Counted from the stretch's first letter, positions 41,684 to 56,989 are shown. The stretch is DNA of 64,000 nucleotides from Chrysomallon squamiferum (GCA_012295275.1 CM022677.1:15748001-15812000), one strand, 5' to 3'. A program made the numbers and translations. The notes: a model not told the origin generated them from the letters alone.

Positions 41684-42951
41684 ATATATATATATATATG
41701 TCTGTCTGTGTCACTCTCCAATCTATCTGTCTGTCTATCTGTCTATCCATCTACCTATCTACCTCTCAGATTACAGTGATAAGTGCAGGTGTCGCTGTAA
41801 TTAAAACTTCAGTAAAAGAAATGATAAACACTGCAGAAAACATTGATAATAAAGCAGCGATCATATTTTATCTCACTGGGAGAGGTTCTGTGTATGCCTA
41901 AAATACTGAAGGATCTTAGATATTAATATTAATATTAATACATTTATTTATTTATTTGTTTGTTCCTGTAAACGGCAACTGAAATGTCCTTTGTATTACA
42001 GTAATGAACAAAAAAATGTTCTTGTTATTATGATGAATCGCTGTTTACCACATATAATGGAACTGAATTTGTATAGTTTATTTGCTTCAGCCAGTCCTGT
42101 TTATACTAATACATTTCAATTCAGCGAAAGAACCGTAATGTTTTACATTTATATATAGCTCTCTAGATTTTATCTAGTTGAATATTAATTGTCTAATTAT
42201 CAATTTATTTTTAGGGGAGATAATAGAATATCACTTTCTACAGTTAATTAAGAATTAATCTGTAATAGCGCAGTATATTTACAGAACTCGCCTTTTCAGT
42301 ATACTTTTAATAATAAAAACGTCCGTTAATGTTTCTCTACATTCTTGACTTTTCTATATTTAAGAAAGATGCACTTGCAAATATCAATAACATGGTGAAG
42401 TTAATTCATCTTAATCTAGCCTCTCACCTCTCAACTGCAATTCTGCTATCTTAATAATAACAAAGTGATTGATAAACGTTGATTCATTATTCAACTTGTT
42501 TTACCTGTTAATGAAAAATTAAGTTTAACGTTTATTTATTTATTTATTTATTATGCAACATAAAAGTATCTAATATTGTTAATTAAAAAACAATACCTCT
42601 ATTTTTCAATACCTTGTGTTTTCAGTACATAATTTTACCGCTACGCCTCTGTTTACAACATAAAACATGTAACATAAATAGTGATGGCGGTACTTATTTT
42701 CATAACGCCGTGTAAAATTGCTCCTTCTTAGCTGTTCTGTGAAACAAGTTCTGTTAATAAAATATCACATTAGTATGGAAGCGTTCTCGATATTCACATA
42801 TAATTCTACTGTTGTTTATAAAAACACGTTAACATGGAAGCCCAATCTACATTTCTGAATGTACACAGTGTTTTCGCAGTAAAATCACATATGTAATGTT
42901 TACTATAATGCTACAGTACACACATAAAACAACAACAGCAACGACAACGAC

Positions 42952-43040
<89 letters not shown>

Positions 43041-43510
43041 ACCAACATTTACATCGTATAATAAAAAACATTTTTTATAATTTAGTATGTAGGTGAGAGG
43101 TGTATATTGAACATATTAAATAGGCTTCTGGATTTATTAATACTTTTTTTTTAATTACCAATGTATGATTATACTTGAAAAGGTGAGAAGAGGATAGATT
43201 AATAATATGACATGTTATAATTTGACACATTACTTACAGTTACTAACGCAGAATGCACAAGATAAATATTTTGTTTTATAGAAGATCAGTGGATAATCAG
43301 AATTATTGCGCGCGCTTGTGGATTAACGTCATTTTTTATTGACTGTATTAGAAACAAAATCACATTATTATTACAGATAAAACTAAATATCTAAAACTGT
43401 GAGTCAAGAACAGAACATAATATGATGCAGGGAAATAGAGAGTTATGTACCCTTTTTTCAACAGTGGCTGTAGAGCTGATACATAGCGAGATAGATTTCC
43501 AGTAAGATTG

Positions 43511-44050
43511 TATTTTTTATGATGCAAAATAGAGGTAAAACATAACAAAATATCACGTTATTTTCACTAAGTATCAATAAACGTCGCTGGTTTTATATAT
43601 AAAACGTAAATTACGTCGCGTTTTACAAAACAGAAAACTTAGCTTATCTCTGTGAATTTTAATTTTAATGTTGTTTGCTTTGCAAACTCAAATTTTGTGA
43701 TTCAAGTAAAATGTAACTTCTCACGTGATCAGTATTAATTTTTAATTTTTAATTTTTTGTTGAGAAGAAAGTGTAGCTCAGTTTAACAGAAAAATATTTC
43801 GCAACAGAGGGGTCCCCTGTTTATCTCGTCATTAAGTTATTTATTTCTAAATTTAAAAGTCCAGCCCTAATTTCCACTATAAAATAAAATGTCAGATCCA
43901 GATTAATGTGATATTTGATTAACAGCAGAACAGATTACATTAATTCACGTTAATACATAAAACCAGCGACGTTTATATTATAAACTGATACTGAGTGAAA
44001 ATAACGTGATGTTTTATTGTATTTTCCTCTATTTTGCATCATAACAAATA
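43511..44050. repeat. ~100 bp imperfect inverted repeat with ~330 bp spacer (MITE or foldback-like)
   Basis: 43511-43613 atgatgcaaaatagagg..tcacgttattttcact.agtatca..taaacgtcgctggttttat is the reverse complement of 43941-44050. Confidence 0.85.
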
Positions 44051-44429
44051 TTGATAATTTCACCTACATTTTATTCTACTAGGACAAATCTTATAAATCT
44101 TACAAATCAAAGTTAGTATACTTTGTAAGTTACATCATAGAAAACATGCCTGTCCTCCTGAACTAGTGTTTTATGAGATATGAGAATATTTTCAGTTAGC
44201 TAGACGAAATATATCATTTATTTCATCCTATTAAACCATAACAATAATGTCTTTACTATCAACTAAATAATAATGTTTCTCCTCCAGTTATCAGTAAAAT
44301 TTTACCTGATGCTTTTAAAATATCAGATTAAACTGCCGCCTTCTCATCTACATAATACGCCTAATATGATATAAATATCCAATCTCCTTTATTTAAATTG
44401 TGCAGTTGGTATTAAAATTAAAATCATAT

Positions 44430-44468
<39 letters not shown>

Positions 44469-44724
44469 TTCATGTAAACACAACAACTACAATAAAACTA
44501 ATTAAAATGATACATAAAATAATAATTAGGACGAATTAGTACCACATTTCTTAAAGTTTACTGGTTAAATATTAATAACCAGAAAATTAAAAACACAGGC
44601 TGTGGTGTAATTATTGAAAATCACCTTCATCTTTCTCCATCTCACTGACTCCAGCTTAGAAAAAAGTATATTTCTAAAATATACCCAGCGCTTTTCCAGG
44701 AATTTAGAAGTGATATTTCCTTCT

Positions 44725-44929
44725 GTACATATCTGGATTGAGATAAGTCTTGAGAAAGTAAGAACAGAAAAAATTCACAACGTATCTCGGTTAGAACTTC
44801 ATGTCTATAACATACACGGTAGAGAATTATCGGGACAGATAGAACACGTTTTAAATTAGACAAATGAACAGTTAATGTTAGCTCGTGAACTAGAACGTGC
44901 TCCGAACAGAAGAAAAAAGTATTTAAGTA
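44725..44929 (+). pseudogene. P4HA: Prolyl 4-hydroxylase alpha fragment (peptide-substrate-binding region)
   Basis: HIWIEISLEKVRTEKIHNVSRLEL..GQIEHVLN*TNEQLMLARELERAPNRRKKY; inverted nucleotide paralogue of ~57405-57604. Confidence 0.75.
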
Positions 44930-45369
44930 GAGATTTCAGTTGTTATCCGGTTGATCTTTAAATCCAATTCGCTTGTTCTACGCTGTTTTTTACTAAACAT
45001 TTTAATATTGGATACAGAAGCATTCGGAATTGTACAGAAATACACTTCTAGAACAATGCATTTATAAATATATTTAAAACATTTCAAAAACTGTTTACAT
45101 AGTATCCTTTTTTTTATCTATAAATATCTATCTGTAACCTCTCAAAACATTTTTTGACAAAAAAATTACCGCACTGGCTGCTACACTATCATATTTTTAA
45201 TCATATTTTGTATAAACAAGAAAGTATATTTATTATTATGTTTTGTCATATAAACGGCCGTAATGTTACCTGAAGGCCTTTTTCAGGTTTCTGAATAAAG
45301 ACCAAACATTAAATCTAAAACCAAGGGTTTATTTTAATGTTACCACCGAAAAATATAGGAGGAAAATGT

Positions 45370-45379
45370 ATATACGCAA

Positions 45380-45430
<51 letters not shown>

Positions 45431-46360
45431 ATATGTATCTGTCTGTATAAAAATGTTAAATTATCCTAATTTATTTTGTGAATTTATAAAGAAAAATGCC
45501 TTTTGTAAATTGCGAATGTGAAAAAGGACTCAGTATTTTTATTGAAATGTACGCAAACTAATAAAAACATGTTTTATGATTTACAGTCATCGATAGATTA
45601 CTGTTACAGAAATTTATCAACATTATTAATTATAACATCTAAACAACAGGTGTAAGTTAAATAGATATTTCTCTGTTCAGAAGACAGCAGGTACAGATCT
45701 AGGTGTGGTATGTTAACATATTTGTGTGATGAGAAAATACCCCACATGTTCTTTTACACCTCTACCATATAAACACTTTTTTTTTTTTTTTTCTCTCACA
45801 CACTGCCTGAAATAAAAAATAAACAGTTACCAAATAAAATTTCTCAAACAGATAGTCATAGAATTTTATGGTAGTTTTAAAGAAGTGAGACAGAGAAAAA
45901 AATAAGGAAGATGATCATAGAGAAAGAAATAAAAAAGTTTAGTCAACAAAAGATCGTAAAGGGGGCTCGCATTATTAAAATCTTTTTTTTTTTTTTTTTT
46001 TTTTTTACTGTATCAGTTTTCTGAGTAAAGACAAAACTTTAATTTTAAAAGCAAGGATTCATCTTAATATTATCCCCGAAAAATACAGGAGGAAAATGTC
46101 CCAAAATAAATAGATGAGTATTTTAAAGATGTTCTTTGATTCAAATGGAATTTTTTATATTGAAGACAGCGAGAAAAATAAAATGAGAGAGAGAAAAAAA
46201 GAATAAGGAAGATGATCAAAGAGAATGAAATAAAAGTGAAACCGAAAAGGTACAAAAAACCAACAATATTCTGTCTTTTACCTGAGACTGTGTACAAACT
46301 GATAAAGTTCCTCACTTATTACAATCAATCACTAATCATTCTGCTGTGGTAATACAAAAA
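45370..46360. repeat. Arm of an inverted duplication, partner at ~51091-52046
   Basis: tgcgaatgtgaaaaaggactca..atgtacgcaaactaataaaaacatgtt and ggaagatgatcaaagag..taatcattctgc occur reverse-complemented at ~51810-51960 and ~51100-51280. Confidence 0.85.
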
Positions 46361-46896
46361 ACAATCTCTTATAATACATTTTTAAAGAAAGGCTCAACTT
46401 TCGTTGTTGTTTTTTTGACCTGCCACATCCAAAATATTACTTCCTTTCCTGTCAGAGTATGAAGACGTTCATTAAAAAATAAAAATAATAAAAATTAATA
46501 TTAAGAAATTAAAATAAAATGAAATCCGAGTGAAATATTCGATAAAAGAACACACATACAAACACACATGCACTTGCACACATTTTGTGTTATGGTTAAT
46601 CTTTAAACTAACAGGCCTCAGCTTATATTCAGAATTAATTATGAATTACTACACTGTTTAACCAATATTTGAACTAGCACTATTTCCAGAAAATATCTAA
46701 AATGTGCTTAGACTATATTCTATATGAATATCAGGTAAAAACAATTGTTAGCAAAGATTATAATAATCAAATACACTTTAATATCATAAAAGTATCACTA
46801 TTTTATTTTATTTTGTTTATTATTATTATTATTATTATAATTGTTTGTTTTTTATGTTGTTTTTTTTTGTTTTTTTTCAGTTTTTGCAGGGGTTTG

Positions 46897-47032
46897 TGAC
46901 GTCAATTAAGCGCTGTGAAGACCGTGATATTGACGTTCCTACACAAAGTAGCTGAAAATTTAGTAAACAAACGTTCTTATTCTTATAATCTTTTAAAGTC
47001 ACTTCATCTGCTGAAACTGATAATTTAATAAG
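46897..47032 (+). promoter_or_regulatory. Possible promoter and non-coding first exon (perfect CRE followed by a strong donor)
   Basis: TGACGTCA at 46897-46904 in a CpG-containing patch, AG|GTAAGA at 47032, small AG/GT exon at 47599-47628; no transcript evidence. Confidence 0.2.
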
Positions 47033-47448
47033 GTAAGAGTTTCTTCACCATATAAGAAATATCAGATTCTTGTAGACCTATTCTTGGAGTATCAAGCGTT
47101 CATGCAACAGTGCTAGAACAGTTTTGGAAAATTCACTAATCGTAACCAGTCATTCGACAAACGTCAGCCATTTTTTTTCTTTTTTCTGTTTCGTATGATT
47201 ACAATATCAATCCAAGGTTGACTGAGTAGAGATCGGTTACATAACTGATCAATCCTTATCACTTACTAGATGTAAATCTTCTAATTGTTTGAAGCATAAT
47301 AGTAATTAATTGATCAAGGAAAGAATATTGTCAGCTTGATTAGACAATAAATAATAATTTTGTTCAGTTCGAGATGAATGTTATTCACTTTGTTAGTAAC
47401 TACACATTCTTGTCATCTTTAATTTTACTTACAGACAAATAATGACTA

Positions 47449-47500
<52 letters not shown>

Positions 47501-48819
47501 GAAATAAACTAGGCAGTTGCTGTTTTAGTTATTATCAGCTGCATTTTACAGTATTTTATTTTCTCCAGAACCTTCATTTATCAACTTCTTTTTTTCAGCT
47601 GTTCTGTCTTGGTGTCAGTAGCAGTGATGTGAGTACTTTTCTTAATTTGTGTTTTGAATGAGAAAGATTTGGGGCAGTTAATTGTTTTAATTATAATCTT
47701 TCTTTGTTTTTCAGTATTTTTTATTGCAATTCAGGTTTACATTTGAACTTTTGTATAAAATCGGGATACAATTTCACAAAAAAAACAACAGAATATTAAA
47801 AATAGTTGCAACTGAAACATAAATCAGAATTACATGACAAATAATGTTTTTAAAAATGAAAAAGAAACACTCTTTTAATTAGTAATTATAACAAATGTGT
47901 TTAGTTCAGTGTTAACTGTTTTCGCTGAACTTTTTAAATTTTCAATCAACATCAGATTTTTACGAAGGTACACTGTCATCATTTAGAGAACAGCATTATG
48001 CAAAACCTATTAACGATCACAATCATTGTTTAGATTTTAAAAGTGAAATTAATAATAATAATAATAATAATGCTTTGGTCTTTCAACAGTTATAAAGAAA
48101 TCCATCGAAAATTAAGAAAAATGGAAGTGAATTAAAGAGTGCCATTTTATTTCCATAAGGAGTACTGATAATAATATAACTATTGCATTTTGTTACTATT
48201 ATTATTGGTAGAGTAGTAGTGGTAGTAATTTAAAAATAAAACTAATGTTGTAAAAGTTTTAAATAAACAGCAGTATTTATAGCAGAAGGAGCAATGTTAG
48301 CAGTTATACTAGAGACTTTTCTTCTTCTAATCAAAAATTATATTGTAAGTGAAAATATATAAATAACTAATTTCACTTTCACGCGCCAACGTCTCCAAAA
48401 AAATGCAAGATTCTGAATTTTATAATAAAACTTATCTGAAAAAATATAGATGACAGCACGTCGACATTATAGAAAATAATCAAATCTGTTTTTCTTGTTA
48501 CAAATTTGCTGAGAGTTTATCACTGTTACTGTCCCATTTCCTCAATGTCAGTGAATAGTAGAAATTCGTGATCATCAGTTCACAAAAACGTTTCTAACAC
48601 GTCTCAGTTTAGGTATTGATATATTCAACTTTAATGTAATTGTGGAATCCATGCTCAACGCATGTCAATAAATATATTTAATAATTTTCAAGAAAGCACC
48701 TAATTCCATAAACACAAAATTACGAACTACTGGAAATGAACTTGACAATGTTTAAATGGTGTATGCATTTGTTCTCTACTGAAAGATTTTTCTTTCACAA
48801 AATTTGAAGATATTAAGTT

Positions 48820-51090
48820 CAGGTTGACCATTACTAGTCCGGCAATTAGTTATCCGGTACAGTCAGTAATCCGGCACTAATTTCGGCTACAGGCTAAAGT
48901 TTGTAGAACTGACTAAGGCGAAGGGGGATGCTAGGCGATGATTCACGCGGAACTATCGATTCTGTGTTCGATTCTTGTGCTGCATGATACTGTCCTCGTG
49001 CAGTGCGTGCGCTTTCCTCGGGTTAGTGAAGCTGAGTTATGTTTTCTTGAAGTTGACTGGCCGCTACGATTGGAGGCGCTGTTTCCTCATCAACAAACTG
49101 GTACCAGTGTTGGGTCTTCGACAGTTTATGAATAAAGAAACAGAAAGAAAAGTTACTTAAATTTTTTGTTGACAGTGAGTCGAAAAAACAGATGTTTAAA
49201 AGGAAAACAATGAAACCTGGTAATAATGCAGAACTAGATCAAGTAATGACGAGGTGGTTTAAGTTGCGTGAAAGTCAAGGAGTCGAACTGTCAGGTGATC
49301 TTGTGAAGGAACAAGCAAAACTATTTCATGAAGAACTCGGACTGGAACATCAGTGCGATTACAGTGAAGGATGGTTGCAACGTTTTAAGGAAAAACATGG
49401 CTTAAAGTTTCGTGCTGTGTGTGGCGAAAAAAGATCAGCTGACAATGAAGCAGCAACAACATTTGTTGACGAGTTTACCAAGTTGGTCAGTGATGAAAAT
49501 TTAAGTCCTGACCAGGTTTATAACGCAGATGAGACTCTTTTGGAAATGTACACCCAAAAGAACACTGAAATCGGAGGATACAGACTCGCCGACAGGTTAT
49601 ATAGCATCGAAAGACCGTGTTACTGTGCTGGGCTGCTCCTATGCTGCAGGAACACGCAGGTGTAAGTTACTGGTCATCGGTGAAAGTTTACGTCCTCGAG
49701 CTTTCAAAGGCATGACACAGATTCCTGTAAATTACCGTGGCAACGAAAAAGGTTGGATAACAACTGAACTGTTATTGGATTGGTTTCAGAACTGTTTTGT
49801 CCCCGAAGCAAGAGCTCATTCTGACTCTGTTGGCTTGGACCGTAATTGTAAGATAATGCTTATTTTAGATAACTGCTCCGCTCATCCAAAAGCAGAACTC
49901 CTGGTAAAGAACAATGTTTTCGGTATCTATCTTCCACCTAACTGCACTTCCATGATTCAGCCCCTGGACAATGGCAGGTCGAAGTATTGCACTCATTTTA
50001 GTCGAAGTATCGCACTCATTTTATTAGGCGCCTGCTGAGTGAAGTTAACTCCGGGAAGCCTGTACGTGAGTTTATTCGTGAATATAATGAGAGATGTGGT
50101 TTACTGTGTTGCTAATGCTTGGAAATATGTAGAGCCTGCTACACTAAAACATGGATGGCACAAATTGTGGCCAGGATTAACATATGAGACAGCAACTGAT
50201 GAAAATCTTTATAGAAATTAGGTCTTCAGAGGACAAACAGCATACAAGTGATCTGTTGTCTTTTGCTCGTGATCTGACCAATCCTGCTGCGAAGGATCTT
50301 GCATCTAAACTGGATGAAGATAACACTGAAGAATGGATGACTGTTGATGACGGTGCATCTGTTGTTCATCATTATACGGACTCAGAAATTGTACGACTGG
50401 TTGTAAGTCCAGAGCAACAAGCCAGTGAAGGAGAAAGTAGTGGTGGAAATGAGGATGATGCAGCAGAAAGAGTTTCTACTGATCGGTTAATTCAGCTGAC
50501 AGGTGAACCGCTAAAAGGTTTAGAGCAGCGCAGTTTTATAACTGAGCAAGACATAATGTATATTTACATGCTGGACGATAAACTAATCAAAGAAAGACCA
50601 AAATAAAAGAAACAGGTAAGCTTGCCAGATATATTAAAAAAACTGGCTACAAAGCCTGTAACAGAGAAGACATCAATTTGCTCACCGAGAGATCCTCATC
50701 ATATGCACATACACTGCCCTCAACAGATGCTCACCCAGGTATGTTGCCACCGTCACCATCAGTTCCTGATATCTCACTAACCTTAGAAGATGATGATGAT
50801 AATCTTGACAACCTTCAACCACAAGACACTTTGGAAGTGGCAGTGATGATCTAATGTAAGTCAACAGAATTAATTTGTAGTATACCTGTGCCCGTAATTC
50901 ATTAATTGTTTACTTGATTTTATTTGATAATTATCTTTTCTTTATTAATCAAATTGTACTGTTTTATGGGATATTTTAATTGTAAGATGAGGTGGTTAGC
51001 TAATGGGTTTGGTGTATTCTAACTTAATGGCTAATCCGGGATTTGATCTCAAAGCCTGTTAGTTCAATATTTGGATGATAGCACTCACTG
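48820..51090 (+). mobile_element. Near-full-length Tigger4/Zombi (Jerky-like) pogo DNA transposon
   Basis: Left end CAGGTTGACCATTACTAGTCCGG with repeated ATCCGG motifs; degenerate right end ..GGATGATAGCACTCACTG; internal transposase; TA TSDs not intact. Confidence 0.9.
49192..50606 (+). pseudogene. Frameshifted Tigger/Jerky-like transposase (CENP-B HTH + DDE_1)
   Basis: RKTMK..ELDQVMTRWF, SEGWLQRFKEKHG, YNADET, KDRVTVL, LILDNCSAH, LPPNCTSMIQPLDNG, spread over four ORFs. Confidence 0.95.
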
Positions 51091-52569
51091 TTAAAATATT
51101 TGTCTTGCGTTACTATTGCAGAATGATTAATGAGTGACTGTGAGGAAATGTGTCAGTATGTGTAGTGTATCAGGCAAAAGCCAGAATGTTATTGGTTTTT
51201 TTTATACTTTTTCGTTTTGTCCTCATGTTTTTGTTTCACTTATACATGTTTTTTCCTCTTTGATCATCTTCCTCACTCCATTTGTTGGGGGGGTTGGGTT
51301 TTTTTTTTTATGCCATCAGTATATTTTTCCTACGATTATTGTTGTTGTTGGTTTTATATTATTCTTATTGTTTTTAATTATTGTTATTGCTATTATTATT
51401 ATTATTTACTATTTACTATTACTATTACTGTTATTTTTTAAAATAAATATAAGTTTTGCTGTTTCGATTTTTCATTATTAATGCAGTTTTAAGATACATT
51501 TGAATGAACTGTTACGAATACAATAAACATCTCCACCAAAAACTTTAAACACATTTCCGTAACAGTAATCAAAATATTCCAGTGAAAAAATTTGCGAATG
51601 TTGTTTATAAATTTCATTACACTTTATTAGTCTTGAACTCGGTAGTCTCAGAAAAACATGCTCTGTTGGGTAAACAAGTTCACACTTCAGCATCAAACCT
51701 ATCTCTGAAGATGTATCCTTTTTCATAGAACATGATTATTGTAAACACTCGTGTGAAAACAACTGTGATTTCTTCAAGTGAGAATAATGTAAATTCTCTT
51801 AACCCACTTGATCGCTGACTGTAAATCATAAAACAAAAGACCTGAATTGATATAAGGAACATGTTTTTATTAGTTTGCGTACATTTTAATAAATTTATTG
51901 AGTCCTTTTTCACATTCGCAGTTTACAAAAGTCAGTTTTCTTACACTTTCATATTCACAAAATAAATTTAAATAATTTTACATTTTTACACAGACAGATA
52001 TACATGGACGCACACACACACACACACACACAAACACATTGCATATGTGTATATATATATGGAGTGACACGCTATTTGGCCAAGTAAGGAAAATGCAAGG
52101 GTGTTTGCATTCAACTCCGTAATCTTACAAAAAGACGCGATTTTGAAGATAAAAGTATATATATATATATATGGTTAAATTACAGTGTTTGGCAATTAGT
52201 TTCTTTTAATATTTTATTTTTAATGATTGTTTTTCTGGTTAAATTCGCTGGAAACGAGGACATGAACAATGGGTTAAGTTAACTGGCGTGTAGCACAAAA
52301 CCAAGTGAAAACAATGATCAAAATAAAATGTAATAAAGAAAGAGCCAGTAATTGTTTATGTAATTATTTTTTTATGCAATCACGTTTATACAGTGAATTA
52401 GTTAAAAATCATTGTTGTTCGTTACTATTGCTTACCAACTTTGTACCTCATTTTCGTTTCTTTGTTTGTTTACTTCTACACAGCTTTTATTTCCACGATT
52501 TACATTCAAACATGTTTTTAGTTAAAGCTATAAGACGATACATTACAATTTAGCATTTTTAGCTAATTT

Positions 52570-53574
52570 TTGTGTGACTGCTCCGGGCAGATTTGCACGT
52601 GATCACGTGTCTCTGTGAAATGAACATCATCTAAAAGAAGATTGTTAAGCGCTGGTGTATCACTTTTTCGAAGCTTGCCCTATCCTATGTCTGAATAGAG
52701 AATTTGTAAAAAAAAAAAAAAGGTTTCTGATAAATAGCTGAAATTTGTGTGTATGGTCCAATTCAAGATATTCCAAAATATAACAACTGATTGATCTTTT
52801 TAAAGGTTCTTCAGACTGACAAATATGAAGTGAAAGTTCAGTTTTTGAAGAAGAGAGGCAACTATTACAGCTTTCCTGAACTTGACGACGTGTCCTGGGT
52901 TTCGCTGAAAGATGTTCAGGCACTGAAACCACCAACAATCAATGACCGCCGACAATATTTTTTTTATATGATTAATTAAAGAAGTGAAACTGAAATAAAA
53001 CTTTCGCATTTTGTTGTTATAATTCTGCAAAATATTGTTCATTTTTATGGATGATGACATTTTGATGTCTTGTAACTTACGACATATTATACTGCTAAAC
53101 TTTGTTATTTGAAAAGCATACTACTAGTTTTTCTTTGCATCTCTTTCTGATTCAGAAACAATCACCGACATGGGAAAAGAAAAAGACATTTGTTATAACT
53201 GCTTTCTCAAAAAAAGTTGAACTCTGCATATGTCGTAAGTTACAACTTTATTGCCAAACTACCACATCATATGTGATTTTTTTTTTAAATCTCTCAATTA
53301 CACTGAACTGAGATACAACAACACACCAACTACATCAATATGCATCTCATTAAATCAGTTTATTCATTGTATTACTGGATTAACACGTCGTCGTGTAACT
53401 TACATCACCGACAGTATTTGTTTGATTACTCACTACAGTCAAGTGAACAAGAAAATGACAACTTTTGCTTCAGTATTAGTTGAAAGCAAGTTTTATCTAA
53501 TATCTCAACTAGTTGTTTAATCATTTTAAGCACTTTTTATTTTTAATGACTTTGTCCTCATTTTTTTGGCTCAG
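52570..53574 (+). mobile_element. 3' part of a DNA transposon with a transposase C-terminal remnant; superfamily unassigned
   Basis: 52791-52979 KVLQTDKYEVKVQFLKKRGNYYSFPELDDVSWVSLKDVQALKPP..RRQYFF resembles a common DDE-transposase terminal domain; ends TTTTTGGCTCAG|TATA. Confidence 0.6.
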
Positions 53575-53614
<40 letters not shown>

Positions 53615-55925
53615 ATTATTAACAGTAATAAGAACATACAGAAAGGGTAAAGTGCTAGATGAATAATGTATTTATTATTGTATTGATGTTACTGAAAATT
53701 AATTGTGCACCTTTCAGTGACACAATGTGATACTTTGTTTTATGACCGCAGTAACATGACATTCCGCGACACAATTTACATCTCTCACTACATGAAAGTA
53801 CATGATTAATCTAAAATTCAAATTTATCAAATTATGTCATTAAGAATATATCATATTATTTTTTTATTACTGAGAAAAGTAAGTTAATCTAGAATGAAAT
53901 TCCATGTTTATTCAATAATATAACTGACAATCTCTAATTAATGTAATTTTAATTTCTCAAAAATAATACGTTATAAAACTTGCGTCTTATCGGTGGGTAA
54001 CATTATCAGTGAAAACAGCGATATTCTTTAGTTAACTGTGGTTTTGTAAAAGTTCACGATTTCTCATAAATCAGCGGGTTTTTTATTTTATTATTATCAT
54101 TATTATATATTTTTTTGAAAAATACCTCGACAGAAAAATACACTAAGAATAAATCTGATTTCTCTGATAACTTTACGAGGCCTAAAAAAAAATTCGAAGT
54201 AATTTTTATATCCGCACTAAGAACAGTTCTAATGAAACTAAGAAAATAGGGTCAAACATATATAGGAAGAGTGCGCTTTTACAGAAAAATAAAAGCAAAA
54301 TAAAAAATAAAAATATTAAGGTGTTATTACTGTTGTTGTTGTTGCTTTGACAACTATGGTGTCTGCTTCATTGTTATATAGATTATTTCTGGTGAAGCGG
54401 TTATATTAATATCTAATGTTATAAGAGAACTTCAGGTATAATAAGAAATGTAAAAAAATATTAAACTATACAACTTGCGCTGATGTACACCTTTTAATGA
54501 ATGTGATGAAAAAAATAAATTTCGCATAATAAAATAGCATGTTAATCTTGCTTGTTCTCAGCTAATCAGTACACACTATCGTGATTTCAGGGAATTAACT
54601 TTGACATTTTTCAGTATAACTTGATATAAATATTAATATGTGTTTATAATATGTCACACTAGATGCGCTCTCTTTATATCTCGATATATATTTGACGTAA
54701 CATGTAAAGCTACTGTTGTTAATAAAAACATTATAACACTGAAGTTCCATCTATATTTCTGAACGTTCACAGTGAAATCATACCTGTAATTTTCAGTATG
54801 ATTTGTCGTATAACTAACTGAATATCATCTCATTCACGAAGGATAGTTGAGAAATAAAGAGGCCTTCCAGATTCCAATTCTGTGTTACTATCAGAATCAG
54901 GATTAGTTTTTAGTTGCACCTGAGATTGTATTGATAATTAAATACTGATTTTCTTTTTCTAGACAGGTGTTGCATTTGTTAGACATTAGCAAATAATTAA
55001 TCACGTATTCATTTTAATATTTCTAGTTGAGAAGTAAAGTGAATATTCAGGAATAAAATATCGCAACCAGATAAAAATGATATTTCATTAGCAACTGAGA
55101 TATTAATGTGATATTTCTCAACGTAATTTGTGTCGTTTTCTCTACATCATGGCAGCAAAAGTAACGTAGTATTTTTTTTAAGAAAATATACTATTTACAT
55201 TGATAATTTTACGCTGCTTAATTTTTGCACTGTTTAAATAGTGTTATATGTTATAAGCTTGATCCACAGATTATATTGTGTGGTATCCTGAAAGATAACA
55301 TGTGTGAATTCTTTAATAGTCTTGCCATTCTGCTTGACTACATCATGTGATCCAGCAAAAATGGCAATACTTTTTATTTTTTTTTTTTTAAGATATCTAA
55401 AATCGAAAAAACTCTCTCAGCTGAAGTCTAGGATATGTTTGTTTATTTAGAATTAGACATTTTTTTCTTACCATCGATTTATATACGTTTCATCGGAAAT
55501 TAAATATATATATATATTTTTTTTTTTAATTATAAATATGTGTATAATTAAAGATGTAGTGCAGATACTTAACTTTTTTCTAAACTGAGAAAAAATGTAG
55601 CTAGTCTGGAAGGATATTCATAGTTATCCTTAAGTAAAATTGACACCTCATTTTTACTGGTTTATAATTATGTAATGTTTGTATAATTTATTAGTGAAAA
55701 TATCGGTATCCTTAATTAAAAATGTCTTGCTTGTTTATAATTACGGGATGTTTTATGATTTATAGTGTGAACTGCTCTCGTTATACAAAATACACGTGAT
55801 AGCTTTGTATTCATAATGGAATAAACCTATAAAGATGAATACAAATTTAAGAAAAATATGACCAGGTTATTTCATATGTAGACACTGTAAAATATTAATA
55901 CAATTATTTGTTATAATAATATTTA

Positions 55926-55962
<37 letters not shown>

Positions 55963-56989
55963 TTGTAATCATAATCACAAAAGATATTAATACACTGTAC
56001 AGTCTCCATGCACAAAACATTACTAAAATGATTCTTTTTTGAAGTAGGTGTCTTATTGTTTGACTGATGTATAAGATACAACGTGAACTAAAACAGGATA
56101 CACCTCAAATCTGTCATGTTGACTTATGTCTTCAACACGGTGAGATCTCCTAAAAATGAAAAAAGAAAAACATTTTATTATGAAATTAAGTGGAGGCATT
56201 GTAATAGTTTATGCATCATGCTTAAAAATACTGTAGGGCTTTAGAAAGCATCATTTTGATATAAAACATGTGTATACTGGTTTGAAACTGTTTGCCAAAT
56301 GACTGAAATGAATCTCAGATTTTCCACAGAATAAGGGAAAAATACCTGCAAATTTTATTCAGATAATAATAAACATCATTCATATTTTGTTGTTATTTTA
56401 ATCTCCTTTTTTTTCTTTTTTCTTTTGTTTTTTTTCTTTTTTGTCATTATGTAGTTATAAGTTATATAATTTAAAGGATAATTATATTATTGAAATATCT
56501 GCTAAATATAATTTCATTAATAATTTAAATGAAAAGCAAAATATAAATGATTACTCTGTTGATTGATCAATAAAAATTCAGCTAAATTTCTCAAAAAAAA
56601 AAAAAAAAAAAAAAAAAAGAAAGAAATTACACTCGAGTCTTGTGACAAGATTCCACGTCGTATTGTTTAATAATTCATTTTCGATTATCTGCCCTTGAGA
56701 ACGTTTCAAAAAGCAGACGACGAAACATTTTACAAACTAAATTACAAACATATACTCCAACGTACATAAAGAATTAAAAAAAAAGCAAAAAACATTTCAA
56801 GAAAGTAATATTTTACAATTATATAAAGGTATACCAGTATATATGAAGAAATCAACTGAAACGATTATAGCTGTATAATGAGTAACAAATGTAAATGTCT
56901 AGGTATCTTCCAGGAATAAACAATACACGTATCTATTATTATTTGATAAATAATAAAATATAAACAATAAAAATAAAAACAGTGGATCT

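Noticed and set aside
49192-50606. Functional domesticated JRK/JRKL/TIGD gene
   Set aside because: Multiple frameshifts and stops, and residual terminal repeats flank it.
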